IMG/VR virus record: IMGVR_UViG_3300032235_000647
Coordinates: 66,195 to 130,194 of that record
DNA length: 64,000 nt
Strand: one strand, 5' to 3'
DNA from: a virus
Position numbers and translations under genes: made by a program. Numbering within the stretch: the first letter of the stretch is position 1; every line of letters begins with the position of its first letter. The notes beneath the pieces were generated by a model, which was given only the letters and a program-made list of their open reading frames with translations, did not search any database and was not told where the DNA came from. This document shows positions 39,201-48,244 of the stretch, piece after piece.

Positions 39201-41288
39201 TGATGGATTTAATGTTAAATCCGTTGCCTTATAAATAAATTGATTTGCAGTTGATGAAGCAAATATCCCTGGGGCATTATCACCATCTTCCAATCTATAA
39301 ATTGTTTCGAAGTCTTCTAATCCTTCTGCAGATGCTGTATAAACAATAAATCCAACTCTAAATGTACTAGTTGTTGAAGTATCTAATGAACCACTAAATT
39401 CGTCTATTTGTACAACAAAACCGGCAGAAGAAGATGCATGTAATCTACCAGGATATTCTAATCCACCTAATGAAAGATATTCGGCCTCACTAATATAACT
39501 ACCAGTTATGTCAAAAACTGATCTTCCATATACAACATCACTCACGATGTTTTGACGAGTTGTACTAAATCCAATTTGTTGAAATGGTGGATTTGCAAAT
39601 GAACCAGTTACAAATCTAAATGCATTTCTATCAGAATTAATTGTTAATATTTTTGTTGATGTTGGAAAATCATTACCACCATCAAAAGTACCAACAGCTG
39701 TTACATCAACTGGAATATAATTGTTATTTATATCATAAAACTCAAATCTGAAATCAAATGTTTCAATTGGTAATTTTCTAGGTATATCCTGAACTAATAT
39801 AAACTCATCTGGAGAAAAGGATGTTTCTTGTGCATTTTTCAAAGAAACATTTGATATATACCAATCCGAACCACTAATCTCAAATACCAATTTTGCATTA
39901 GAAGCAGATATAGGATTTGCAATAATATTTTGAGTAACGATTTGCCTAGTTTTGTATATATCCGACCCACTTATAGTTAAAAAAGTTTGCTGGTATCCAT
40001 CGGATGATGAGAGGTATCCCTTGAGGTATTCTGACCCATTTAGGGAACCACTAATTAATGTTTTGAATGTTAGGGTATATTCTACGTCTTTGGAAATAAC
40101 AAATGATTCCGATGTAATAAGGTGTTGAACACCACCGGCAGAAAAGTTATAATCAGTTTTAATAGATGATTGAAGAACATCCACATTTACCGATAAAGGG
40201 TGGTCATTTGATGAAGATAACCAATACGTAGATAAATTGAATTGCGAAAAATTTCCATAAGAAATTTCAGTATCAGTTGATACGGTTATATCTCTCAATA
40301 ATTCTGATGCTTCTAATTTTGATTCTTGGACGAACTGGAAATCAGTTACCTCATTTCTTGATTTTCGGAATACTTTTACTCTTGCAACATCACCAACAAA
40401 TGTTTTAAGATTTGATATTTGAATCCTTGCAAATGAACCAGTAAGTGTAGATTCACTAACAGTTTGTCCTTCTAAAAATTCAAATGTGGTTTGATATAAA
40501 GATGATGTAAAATTTTGTACTATGTTATTAACTGAATATGGTACATCAACTAATACTTCTTTGTTATTTAAAACCTCACGAACAACAGGCGAATACCCTA
40601 ACGATGGAATCGATATAGTATTTTCATCTACCGAAGAAGTCCAATTAGTCCCATCGATAATTTTTAATTTATATATAGTTCCAGCAGTCCATGTGGAAAG
40701 ATTAGAACCAAGTGATGGTTGTAACGCAATACCCTCTAATGAACCAGTTTGAGTTATACTCGGAATTGTTTTAGAAAAAATAGGTTTAACTAATTCTGTG
40801 ATAGATACCAACGGCCTTCTATAAAAACGAACAGTATCTTCATTAGAGATGTTTCTGTTGATTTTAAAGGTCCTTTCCCACTTTACATTATAAACCCCCT
40901 TCCATTCATCAGGAACCGGTAAGCGAGTCCCATTTTCGTTTATATACTCTTTTAATTCACCAAGTATAGTTATCTTACCAATTCCAATTGGAGTATCGGG
41001 ATAAACATGAACGGATACCAAACTTGATAATCCTTCGTAATAATCGGGAGTTCCTTTACCTGGTTCAAAATAAACTGGGTTTCCCTCAACATCAAGTATT
41101 TCTATTTTTACTTCAGTTGTTTCTTTTAAGAACTCTGAACCCTCTATTAAGAATCCATTCTTACCACCACTAAAAGCTTCTTTGAATTCGGTAACTCTAA
41201 AAAAATCTGAATTGGGGTTTCTATCAACTATGAAAGTTGAAAAGTTAGAAAGATTCTGAAAAGGTGAAAACGATTTTATTATGGCCAT
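36285..41288 (-). CDS. Large tail fibre with C-terminal intramolecular chaperone (peptidase S74-like)
   Basis: AYYSDKRLKN..L.KI..LNGVYY..QVGLIAQEV..ILPEVV..DYSKVVPLLVECIKEL; short GXY collagen-like stretch. Confidence 0.88.
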   Translation of the reverse strand: MAIIKSFSPFQNLSNFSTFIVDRNPNSDFFRVTEFKEAFSGGKNGFLIEGSEFLKETTEVKIEILDVEGNPVYFEPGKGTPDYYEGLSSLVSVHVYPDTPIGIGKITILGELKEYINENGTRLPVPDEWKGVYNVKWERTFKINRNISNEDTVRFYRRPLVSITELVKPIFSKTIPSITQTGSLEGIALQPSLGSNLSTWTAGTIYKLKIIDGTNWTSSVDENTISIPSLGYSPVVREVLNNKEVLVDVPYSVNNIVQNFTSSLYQTTFEFLEGQTVSESTLTGSFARIQISNLKTFVGDVARVKVFRKSRNEVTDFQFVQESKLEASELLRDITVSTDTEISYGNFSQFNLSTYWLSSSNDHPLSVNVDVLQSSIKTDYNFSAGGVQHLITSESFVISKDVEYTLTFKTLISGSLNGSEYLKGYLSSSDGYQQTFLTISGSDIYKTRQIVTQNIIANPISASNAKLVFEISGSDWYISNVSLKNAQETSFSPDEFILVQDIPRKLPIETFDFRFEFYDINNNYIPVDVTAVGTFDGGNDFPTSTKILTINSDRNAFRFVTGSFANPPFQQIGFSTTRQNIVSDVVYGRSVFDITGSYISEAEYLSLGGLEYPGRLHASSSAGFVVQIDEFSGSLDTSTTSTFRVGFIVYTASAEGLEDFETIYRLEDGDNAPGIFASSTANQFIYKATDLTLNPSSQVITFDVRRKNLGTSGEPIIINSGSEFGTAAPLSLLFDDPTTGVATYFLSGSNFNFRSGSATYFFTASDTYDIDYHDTIKITPIKILDGLSVTLTNENASLPARSTGFVQSGSFILTSGSVDVKVGNETIIFDDEGDGQGNNTFAIISVSGSTGITVNSSNPTINQYGITSLNGVDSGSINVIVRYKDGAGDTTDISKTVSYSKSKAATPNIEVAVSPTAQSIQSNSRGSGSATPQTLTITALEGGTNRFSSLGTPTFTNGLNGSNVSNTFVFSSNASSMTSDTGTVTIPVNFTDSEGVSGTKNVVASVSRVRSSAPVVTISANPQSQTVISGSLVGIGTPSTISIIVNEGGSNYTYNTSGPSTFNITNVTSGSHTAPNTFITPTTPNNLNGTNGVVTLSYRNSEGTQFTGNVINFEVGVTGIGDSGPSGSTGASGSDGADGPGIVFRGPWSASVTYFDTDDVPTRRDAVLYSGTYYATLPNATTNLNKRPDLNTGTFWESLGTDSFFVAAEIAIFRESFVQNTINVGTNTSGNANITIAGGTTSPYISIGQSTKAYGNNGVFIGSNGTSGIMSLVGSGGGLFWDGSNLVVSGSGTFTGTVQGGAIVGGTINVPNASSPLFSVDSAGNVTATSATIGGWSVNSTGIFKTQSGSTIRLNSSANKIELLEGSNTRFQVSTSGTTDPGVDSSLYRTTTINNNGFVVSTDNERFFRHNTAGGMPIALAGKSIVFNDSKGGFRTDGLFFNTPLQSTDFFKFPTGSTDENDSLQSSQWLPRTQEAMIYDRPGISYSNGSLSENQGVLKDGGGITIGTSTFRVHTGTPVNDATYSSVIRPLRFRIDTDGNVQVLKEIQCYGNVIAYYSDKRLKNIIGKIENPLDKIQKLNGVYYTQSEVAERFGYEKNDNKQVGLIAQEVKEILPEVVSIAPFDKDGKGGSVTGEDYLTIDYSKVVPLLVECIKELKLEIEELKKNK

Positions 41289-41306
41289 AAATTACTCCTA
41301 TACCAA

Positions 41307-41314
41307 TATAAATA
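41307..41314 (-). promoter_or_regulatory. Recurrent TATTTATA motif
   Basis: About 19 nt upstream of the tail fibre start. Confidence 0.6.
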
Positions 41315-41375
41315 TGGAGTTTTTTTATACTTATTAAAAACATATATAGAAATATATAGAAATCTATAATTCAAA

Positions 41376-41543
41376 ATGGATAAACAAAAATATACAACAC
41401 TGCAAATAAAAAAAGAAACCCATGAACTTCTCAAACATTATTGCGAAGAACATGGGCATAAATTAAGTGGATTGGTTGAATCTATGATTAAACAAAGAAT
41501 TCAACAACCAAAACCAACAAATGTATTACGAGTTAAAACTTAA
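41376..41543 (+). CDS. Ribbon-helix-helix DNA-binding protein (55 aa)
   Basis: Not in ORF track: MDKQKYTTLQIKKETHELLKHYCEEHGHKLSGLVESMIKQRI...; beta-strand plus two helices; only convincing plus-strand gene. Confidence 0.75.
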   Translation: MDKQKYTTLQIKKETHELLKHYCEEHGHKLSGLVESMIKQRIQQPKPTNVLRVKT

Positions 41544-44500
41544 CTTTTGAGAATCCATTTACCTTTTTAATCTCTACTAAATTATCTACTACATCTCTCA
41601 TAGAATCAATGTGAGAAATAATCATTACAAAATCAAATTGTGTTTTTAGGTAGGTGAATAACATAAATAGTGATTGTAAGTTCTCACTATCCAATGTTCC
41701 GAATCCTTCATCAATCACAAGGAAATTAGGTCTCGGTAGGTTACACACATTGATTAGAGCGACTCGGATTGCTAATCCACTAATGAATCTCTCCATGCCA
41801 CTACACATCTCTAAGCTCCATCTTTGGTCTCCATATACAAGATATGCATTGATGTTCTTACCATCCATCTCTAACTGCATTCCAAACTCTACAATCTGAC
41901 CGAGAATGTTATTTACTTCACCTTCAATCATTGGAAGAGCCTTTTCAATCAATTCATAAGAAACACCATCTTTACCAAGAGCATTCAAATAATACTCAAA
42001 TAACTTGGATTGTTCTTCTAAACTTCGGACTTCTTTGATTCGCTCTTCAATGGTTTCTTTTTGATTTTGTAGAGCAGAAATCCTACCATTCAGTTTTAAA
42101 ACCTCTGAATTCACTTTTTTCAAATCTTCCTTATTCTGGTTCAATTGACTACGAACTTGAGTTATTTCCTCTCGAATTTCTTTGTTTTTTTTGATTTGTT
42201 CTTCGTTCTTGTAATATTCACTAATCAGTTGTTCTTGCTGTTGAAGTTGAGTTTCCAACCTAACTTCTTCGGTTTCTTTTGTAGAAAGTTGATTATGGAG
42301 TTGAATAATTTCCCTATCCAATTTATCTTCTTTTTCTTTGGCTTCTTGTAATTTGTCCCATTCTTCCTTAACTGATGTCAATGAATCAATAAGAAATAAA
42401 AGAGATAATTTTTGTGATGTGACATCTGAATAATTATCTTCTGCAGTATCAATACGAGAATCTACCTCTGCCTTCTGGTCTCTAATAGATTGGGAGTTCT
42501 GCATACAAATCTCACAATTTTCGTTATATTTATGAGATTCCAAGTGTTTTTTTCTATCGTAGTAAGAATCCAAACCAACTTTGATTTTTTCAATTTCAGA
42601 TTCTACTTTACTTAAACTTTGCCTAGCAGTGGATAATTTATCAATAGATTCTTTTAATTCATCCTCATCATACGAATCGATGATTTCTTCCAATGTCACT
42701 TGTAATTCTTCTCTATGTGTGATTCTTTCTTGAATTGAACCTTTTGAATTTTGTACCTCTTCAATTTTATCTTTAAGGATTTGCAATCGTTTCTCTAACT
42801 CTTCAATAGAAACACCACTATCTGAATTCAGTTTTACAATACGTTCATTTAACTTATTGATTTTCTTGTTTAACTCGTCTTCTTCGGTTTTTAATACCGT
42901 TTGGTTCATTTCCAACAACTTGAACTCATTTTTATCGGTTTTAAGTTTAGTTTGAATTTCTGCCAACTTTGTAGTAAAATCATCCGATTTGAATTTTCTG
43001 ATAAGTGTTGCAGTATCTCGATTCTCATCTGATGCTATATTATACAACTTATCGAATATATCCACCCCAATGAATTGAGAAAGAATTTCCTTTCTTTCAC
43101 TTTGTGACTTGTCAATGAATAGAGCATTGTTTCCTTGAAGGGAAAGTGTAGTAAGAACAAAATCTTCAAACTTACCCAAGTATTTTTCAATGTTATCGTT
43201 GGTTTCTCTTCTTTGTTCTCCATTCAGAGAGATTTCGATACCATCCTCTACTTTCCAAAAATTTACATCAACTTTAACTGCAGTTTGTTTTCGAACAAAC
43301 TTTGCACTTCGTTCGATGAAATAATCAACACCATCAATTTCAAAGTTAAACTTACAATAAAAGAAGTCCTTTTGGTTATTTAGGATATTTTTAGCAGAAT
43401 TGGTACGAGAAGTTTTATCAAAGATACAAAATGAGAGAACATCAAAAAGAGAGGACTTACCACTTGCATTAGGGGCAAAGATACCCATGATACCCTGAGC
43501 CCTATCAAACCTAACCAAGTTATCTTCTCCGTATGAGAACATATTAGAGAACTCTAAACTCTTTGGGGTCCATAAAATGTTCTCTGTCAAATCATCTGAA
43601 TTGATTTTGGTATTTAGTTCTTTATTTATCTCGGCAATCTTATCTAGTTCTGAATCATCCAATAGGTATTGTCTTTCTAAATAATCTCGGATAAGAGAAT
43701 TCTGAAAAGTTTCATCTTTAACATTACCAACAATGTTCTTATTTAATTTGGTATTGGTTTTAAGTTGTCCGATTGTATCAGTTCTAGTTACGGTTACCTC
43801 ATCTACCTTAAACAACTTTTTAAGTTCCGAAATACAAATTTTCATTTGTGCAGCTTCGGTATTGGTGAATCGTAATCTCAATCTTGGATGGGTTGGTAGT
43901 TTAGTATTCAACTCGTCATATACCCATTGTGGAATTTTACCACTCACTACATCTATGGTTAGGAATCCATAATCATTATATAGGTGATGTTCGGTAAATG
44001 TTCTGCTTGGGACATCCCATAGTAGATAACCATGATTCTCCAACATCTCACCATGATTTTGCTGAACCATTGAACCTGCGTACGCAACCCATTCATACCC
44101 TTCACCAAAAGTTTGTCTCTTGTGAATATCACCCAACATTGCCATATCAAACCCATCAAACATATCCACTTGGAATGAATTGGATGATACGGTATAGCCA
44201 ATATCAGTTTGTGCTTTATTTACGGGCCCATGAAAAAGACAGATTTTGTTTTCTCCTGTTACATCGCTTCCTTTTGGCCAATTCTTCTTATCATCTAAAA
44301 TAGAATAGACAACAAAAGTTAAATTATGGATATTATAGATTCCAGTATCTCGGAGGTAATGGATTCGAGGATTGTTTAGATTTTCTACAATTGGAGTAAG
44401 AACATCCAATCTATGTGAGTTATTTAGATTACAATCATGATTACCTGTAATCAAAATAGTTTCTCTTAATTTCGAACATTCAGTTAGGAACCACGAAATT

Positions 44501-44691
44501 TCTTGTACTAATTCAGGAGACATTTCAGTTTTAGCATGGGCAATATCCCCTGCTATATAAATTACCGAATCATTGATTCCATCTGTTTTTACTTGTTTTA
44601 GGAATTGTTCAAATACCAAACGATACTCTTTGTGTCTTTGCAGATTTCGAATGTGTAAATCTGCTAAGTGGTAGATTTTATTTATAACCAT
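41533..44691 (-). CDS. Fused Mre11/SbcD-like nuclease and Rad50/SbcC-like ATPase (gp47-gp46 fusion)
   Basis: ADLH, AGDIAH, TGNHD, FHG, GDIH; Walker A NASGKS; coiled coil with CEIC hook; signature CSGME; Walker B VIDEGFGTLD; IISH. Confidence 0.93.
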   Translation of the reverse strand: MVINKIYHLADLHIRNLQRHKEYRLVFEQFLKQVKTDGINDSVIYIAGDIAHAKTEMSPELVQEISWFLTECSKLRETILITGNHDCNLNNSHRLDVLTPIVENLNNPRIHYLRDTGIYNIHNLTFVVYSILDDKKNWPKGSDVTGENKICLFHGPVNKAQTDIGYTVSSNSFQVDMFDGFDMAMLGDIHKRQTFGEGYEWVAYAGSMVQQNHGEMLENHGYLLWDVPSRTFTEHHLYNDYGFLTIDVVSGKIPQWVYDELNTKLPTHPRLRLRFTNTEAAQMKICISELKKLFKVDEVTVTRTDTIGQLKTNTKLNKNIVGNVKDETFQNSLIRDYLERQYLLDDSELDKIAEINKELNTKINSDDLTENILWTPKSLEFSNMFSYGEDNLVRFDRAQGIMGIFAPNASGKSSLFDVLSFCIFDKTSRTNSAKNILNNQKDFFYCKFNFEIDGVDYFIERSAKFVRKQTAVKVDVNFWKVEDGIEISLNGEQRRETNDNIEKYLGKFEDFVLTTLSLQGNNALFIDKSQSERKEILSQFIGVDIFDKLYNIASDENRDTATLIRKFKSDDFTTKLAEIQTKLKTDKNEFKLLEMNQTVLKTEEDELNKKINKLNERIVKLNSDSGVSIEELEKRLQILKDKIEEVQNSKGSIQERITHREELQVTLEEIIDSYDEDELKESIDKLSTARQSLSKVESEIEKIKVGLDSYYDRKKHLESHKYNENCEICMQNSQSIRDQKAEVDSRIDTAEDNYSDVTSQKLSLLFLIDSLTSVKEEWDKLQEAKEKEDKLDREIIQLHNQLSTKETEEVRLETQLQQQEQLISEYYKNEEQIKKNKEIREEITQVRSQLNQNKEDLKKVNSEVLKLNGRISALQNQKETIEERIKEVRSLEEQSKLFEYYLNALGKDGVSYELIEKALPMIEGEVNNILGQIVEFGMQLEMDGKNINAYLVYGDQRWSLEMCSGMERFISGLAIRVALINVCNLPRPNFLVIDEGFGTLDSENLQSLFMLFTYLKTQFDFVMIISHIDSMRDVVDNLVEIKKVNGFSKVKF

Positions 44692-45782
44692 TATTTGTAA
44701 TTGTTTCTATCAAATATAAATTTTTGTTTCATTAAAATATCAAAATTTCTTGTTATATTATTCATATTTTTCACAAAATAATTATTCAATTCAGAATAAG
44801 TCATTTTATTAATAATATCTAAATTTGATTTAAATTGATTAAGTATTTCAGTTCTACTATCTTTAGGTGTTATATCAAATAAATCACCGGCCATCCAAAA
44901 CCCAAGTTCTTTAAGATAATTATTTAAATACTTAGAACCCAAAATAAGTGGAATATTATGTGATATAAATGGATTCCATGATTTTTCACTTAAATGTATT
45001 TCAGTATCGTCCATCACCATAGTTTCACATATACAACTTACATAGGAATTTAAACACAGGGGAAATGGTGGAAATTCTACATTTACTGCACCATCCAAAC
45101 TTCTTTCAAATGGAACATCCAATATAATCGGAAGTGTATTATTTCTAAATTCAATTAATTTATCAGATAATTCATCATCGGAATATGCCTGATTAAATCC
45201 ACTATACCCAACATATCCATCTTTATATAAACCAGTATTGTAAATGTGTTTTAGTGATGTTAATCGTTCTATTTTATCTACACCTACTATAAAGTTAAAT
45301 TTTTTCTGTCTAATATTGGATAAAAATGGGTTAATTAATTCACTCAAGTTATTAGTCCAAGTATGATGTGGAGTTCTGTATCTGAAATAATTAAAATTAT
45401 TTCTGCAGTTTAATACACTAAATCTATTTGAAAAATATGTAAACTTTTCATTATCAGAATGTTCATATTGATTATCATCATCAACTATAAAAAACTTACA
45501 TTTATATTTTTCCCAATGTTTATTTACATTGGTAATAAATTCATGAAGGTTTCCATGATTTGAAAAATAACGCTTATCAACGAAAACTGAATCACCACTT
45601 TTAACATTTAGATTATTTAAAATCTCATCTAAAAATATCGTATTATCTTCTTGTTGTAAATTGCGTTCTATATTAATATCATCGTATCCTTGTAAAATGT
45701 TTACATCCTCGGTGAAGTGTATTAGTTTGTACCAAGCTGGCCAAGAACCTTTATTTATATGATGTGGAATTAAATGAATCAT
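44691..45782 (-). CDS. Putative glycosyltransferase, GT10-like (paralog 4, divergent)
   Basis: YVSCICET..HLSEKSWNPF..IPLILG..L.ELGF. Confidence 0.55.
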   Translation of the reverse strand: MIHLIPHHINKGSWPAWYKLIHFTEDVNILQGYDDINIERNLQQEDNTIFLDEILNNLNVKSGDSVFVDKRYFSNHGNLHEFITNVNKHWEKYKCKFFIVDDDNQYEHSDNEKFTYFSNRFSVLNCRNNFNYFRYRTPHHTWTNNLSELINPFLSNIRQKKFNFIVGVDKIERLTSLKHIYNTGLYKDGYVGYSGFNQAYSDDELSDKLIEFRNNTLPIILDVPFERSLDGAVNVEFPPFPLCLNSYVSCICETMVMDDTEIHLSEKSWNPFISHNIPLILGSKYLNNYLKELGFWMAGDLFDITPKDSRTEILNQFKSNLDIINKMTYSELNNYFVKNMNNITRNFDILMKQKFIFDRNNYK

Positions 45783-46720
45783 AACCCAAATAGTTTTTGT
45801 TTTATTACATCATCGAAACTGGTTTCTTTCGATTCTTTCAAAATTCTATTCACTTTTGAAAAACCCATTTCACCTGCATCTTTATCCGATGGAATTATAT
45901 TTCGTGTGGTTATTCCTTGATTTTGGAATTGTACTGTATAATATAGAGCAATTTCTTGAGCATCTTTATCTAATAAGATATTGATATTTTTCACTCCCTT
46001 ATCATATATATTTTCAATTAATTTTTTTGGAATAAATTTACCAAGTATAGGAATCGAGTTTCGTTTTACTGCCATGGAGTCAAAAACTCCCTCTACCAAA
46101 GTTATTGGTTCATTCCAATTAATTTGGTTCTCAAACATGATTACATTTTTTGATACTGGTGGATTTTTGTATTTAAACTTTTCTTCCTCAAATACTGAAC
46201 GGGCGATGAAGTAGTTGAGTTTGTTATTAAAATCATAGGAAGGAATAATAATCCTACCAGAATAAATACCACTATCAACATAACCAATGTTATACCTGAT
46301 AATATCTTCAGTAGTAATTCCACGAGAATCTGCATAATGCTTTGCCTTTTTATATGTAGGATTTAATCCTTTTGGTTTGTGTAATAGGGATTTAAATTCA
46401 CTTGGTAATCTGAGCTCTATCGTCTCCTCTTCGGAATCATTAGAATAGACCACATAATCGTCTCCATAGATTTCATAAAGTTTTTGTAGTTTCTTTGAAT
46501 CCACATGGAGTTTTCTTAATAGTGATACAATTCTTTTACCTTTTGAATCACATACCCAACAATGCCATTGCTGAGTTTCTAAATTAACTTGGAGTTTCTT
46601 TTTATGGTGATGGCAAAATGGGCAATGATGTGCCTGTTCATTTCCTTTCATGGAAGTTCCAGCACCTAACACTTCATCGAGTATATTTATTACAACAGAT
46701 TTATCTCTTATGGAGAGCAT
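45779..46720 (-). CDS. DNA primase (Zn finger + TOPRIM)
   Basis: CPFC...WHCWVC, RIIIP, KYKNP, LVEGVFD, LLDKDA. Confidence 0.9.
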   Translation of the reverse strand: MLSIRDKSVVINILDEVLGAGTSMKGNEQAHHCPFCHHHKKKLQVNLETQQWHCWVCDSKGKRIVSLLRKLHVDSKKLQKLYEIYGDDYVVYSNDSEEETIELRLPSEFKSLLHKPKGLNPTYKKAKHYADSRGITTEDIIRYNIGYVDSGIYSGRIIIPSYDFNNKLNYFIARSVFEEEKFKYKNPPVSKNVIMFENQINWNEPITLVEGVFDSMAVKRNSIPILGKFIPKKLIENIYDKGVKNINILLDKDAQEIALYYTVQFQNQGITTRNIIPSDKDAGEMGFSKVNRILKESKETSFDDVIKQKLFGL

Positions 46721-46760
46721 ATAGTTTTATTTGTACAACAAAGATACTAAAAAAATGTCA

Positions 46761-47219
46761 CTATTCCAAATCTTTTCGAAAAAACTTTCCAAGTAGATTA
46801 TCATTTAGTGCTCGTTTATCACCAAGAACATCGTGAGAAAATTGTTCTTGTAATTCATAATAAGTAAGTGATTTGGTTGAAGAACAAAAACGAAGTATTC
46901 GTAATTCTAATTGGTCATTTTCTTTATCTTTGAACCATTCTTGCACTTGTTTATTTGAAGAACGGTATGATTTCCAATCCGATTCACTAGTAATCATCTC
47001 GTATGTTTTTAACCTTTTATCAGTTAATAAAGCAATTTCTTTTTTACCGAATTTTCTTTTTCTAGTTGATAAAACATTTTTCTTTCCAATGTAATACTCA
47101 CCAGTTTTTCCATTAGTAATTTTATAAATGAAACCAACTGTTCCTTCTGGCATATCATTTAATTCAGTTATAAAACTTCCGTTATATATCCAAGTCATAG
47201 TTAAAAATCGTGAAATCAT
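46761..47219 (-). CDS. GIY-YIG-like protein
   Basis: GFIYKITN..TGEYYIGKK, W.SY.SS, conserved E and N. Probable start at MTWIYNG. Confidence 0.7.
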   Translation of the reverse strand: MISRFLTMTWIYNGSFITELNDMPEGTVGFIYKITNGKTGEYYIGKKNVLSTRKRKFGKKEIALLTDKRLKTYEMITSESDWKSYRSSNKQVQEWFKDKENDQLELRILRFCSSTKSLTYYELQEQFSHDVLGDKRALNDNLLGKFFRKDLE

Positions 47220-47754
47220 TTTTATATTTGTTTCGTACCCATTCTTTTATCCACTCTTCGTTGTAGTATTGTTTGTATAATTTATGGGTGTTTAAATTTG
47301 GATGTTTTTCCCAATATACATTTCGGTTTAAGTGTGGGATTTCAGTTAGTGATATTCCTATTTGTTTTGATATGTAAGTTAAATCATTATTAAAATTCTC
47401 ATACTTACCAACAAAAGAAACTTTTTTATTTGATGTTTGCCCGTGATGTAAATAATATTCTTGTGAAAAAAATAAGAAATCCAATGGTTCTATTGATTCT
47501 ACAAAACTTGAAAATAATTGAATATTTCCTTCTCTTTTTTTGTGCTCATACCATGATGCAAGACGAGTAAATGGATTTCTCACAAATGAAAAAATAAAAA
47601 AATCCTCAACATTCATTAATTGATTAAGTGTACCATGAACCATTATTTGTTCTGAATCAGGTACACTTAATAAAATTTTAGATATAGAATTACCACCTGT
47701 CTTAGGTATATGAATGAACGCCCACTTTTGTGTACGATTAATAATTAATCCCAC
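47182..47754 (-). CDS. Sulfotransferase (Sulfotransfer_2 family)
   Basis: 5'-PSB FIHIPKTGGNSI, 3'-PB VRNPFTRLASWY, FVGKYE, Y..DF..F.Y. Confidence 0.85.
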   Translation of the reverse strand: MGLIINRTQKWAFIHIPKTGGNSISKILLSVPDSEQIMVHGTLNQLMNVEDFFIFSFVRNPFTRLASWYEHKKREGNIQLFSSFVESIEPLDFLFFSQEYYLHHGQTSNKKVSFVGKYENFNNDLTYISKQIGISLTEIPHLNRNVYWEKHPNLNTHKLYKQYYNEEWIKEWVRNKYKNDFTIFNYDLDI

Positions 47755-47767
47755 TTTTAAAGTTTAT

Positions 47768-47980
47768 TTATTTTCTATCAGTTACGTCTGAATATTTTTT
47801 AGTATTAGTAAACCCACCTGTAAGATTTCCTAACTTACCTCCTCGTGATTTTTCAATTTGTTGCTCACCAATTTGAAGATCAGAACCATCAAAGTCTTTT
47901 GCAGAAATTGGAGTTCTATCTTTTTTTAACGGAAGTTTAGCAAACTCAGTTTTTTTGTATAATTCTTCTATTGATGCCAT
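47768..47980 (-). CDS. Small hypothetical protein
   Basis: 70-aa ORF, tightly packed. Confidence 0.6.
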   Translation of the reverse strand: MASIEELYKKTEFAKLPLKKDRTPISAKDFDGSDLQIGEQQIEKSRGGKLGNLTGGFTNTKKYSDVTDRK

Positions 47981-47981
47981 A

Positions 47982-48188
47982 TTATTCTGATATTAGTTTA
48001 TATACTCTAAAATTACAAAATTCTTTTTCAGCGTCATCATATTGATGTTTTGATAAAAAATCTTCATACACATTTTCACCCCATTGAAACACATTAAATT
48101 CATCAGATTCAATCATTAAATTTAATTCATCTTGAGATACTGATTCATTTAATACTTCTCCCTTATAATTAAAAATCGTGTAATTCAT
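47982..48188 (-). CDS. Small acidic hypothetical protein
   Basis: 68-aa ORF preceded by the recurrent motif. Confidence 0.55.
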   Translation of the reverse strand: MNYTIFNYKGEVLNESVSQDELNLMIESDEFNVFQWGENVYEDFLSKHQYDDAEKEFCNFRVYKLISE

Positions 48189-48233
48189 TTTATTTTTTTC
48201 CTTTTTTTTTATGTGTAGTTAATATAACTCTTA

Positions 48234-48241
48234 TATAAATA
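48234..48241 (-). promoter_or_regulatory. Recurrent TATTTATA motif
   Basis: Upstream of the start at 48188. Confidence 0.55.
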
Positions 48242-48244
48242 TCA

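Noticed and set aside
46761-47219. Mobile homing endonuclease
   Set aside because: Only a compact GIY-YIG-like domain with no DNA-binding extension and no interrupted host gene; more likely a resident gene.
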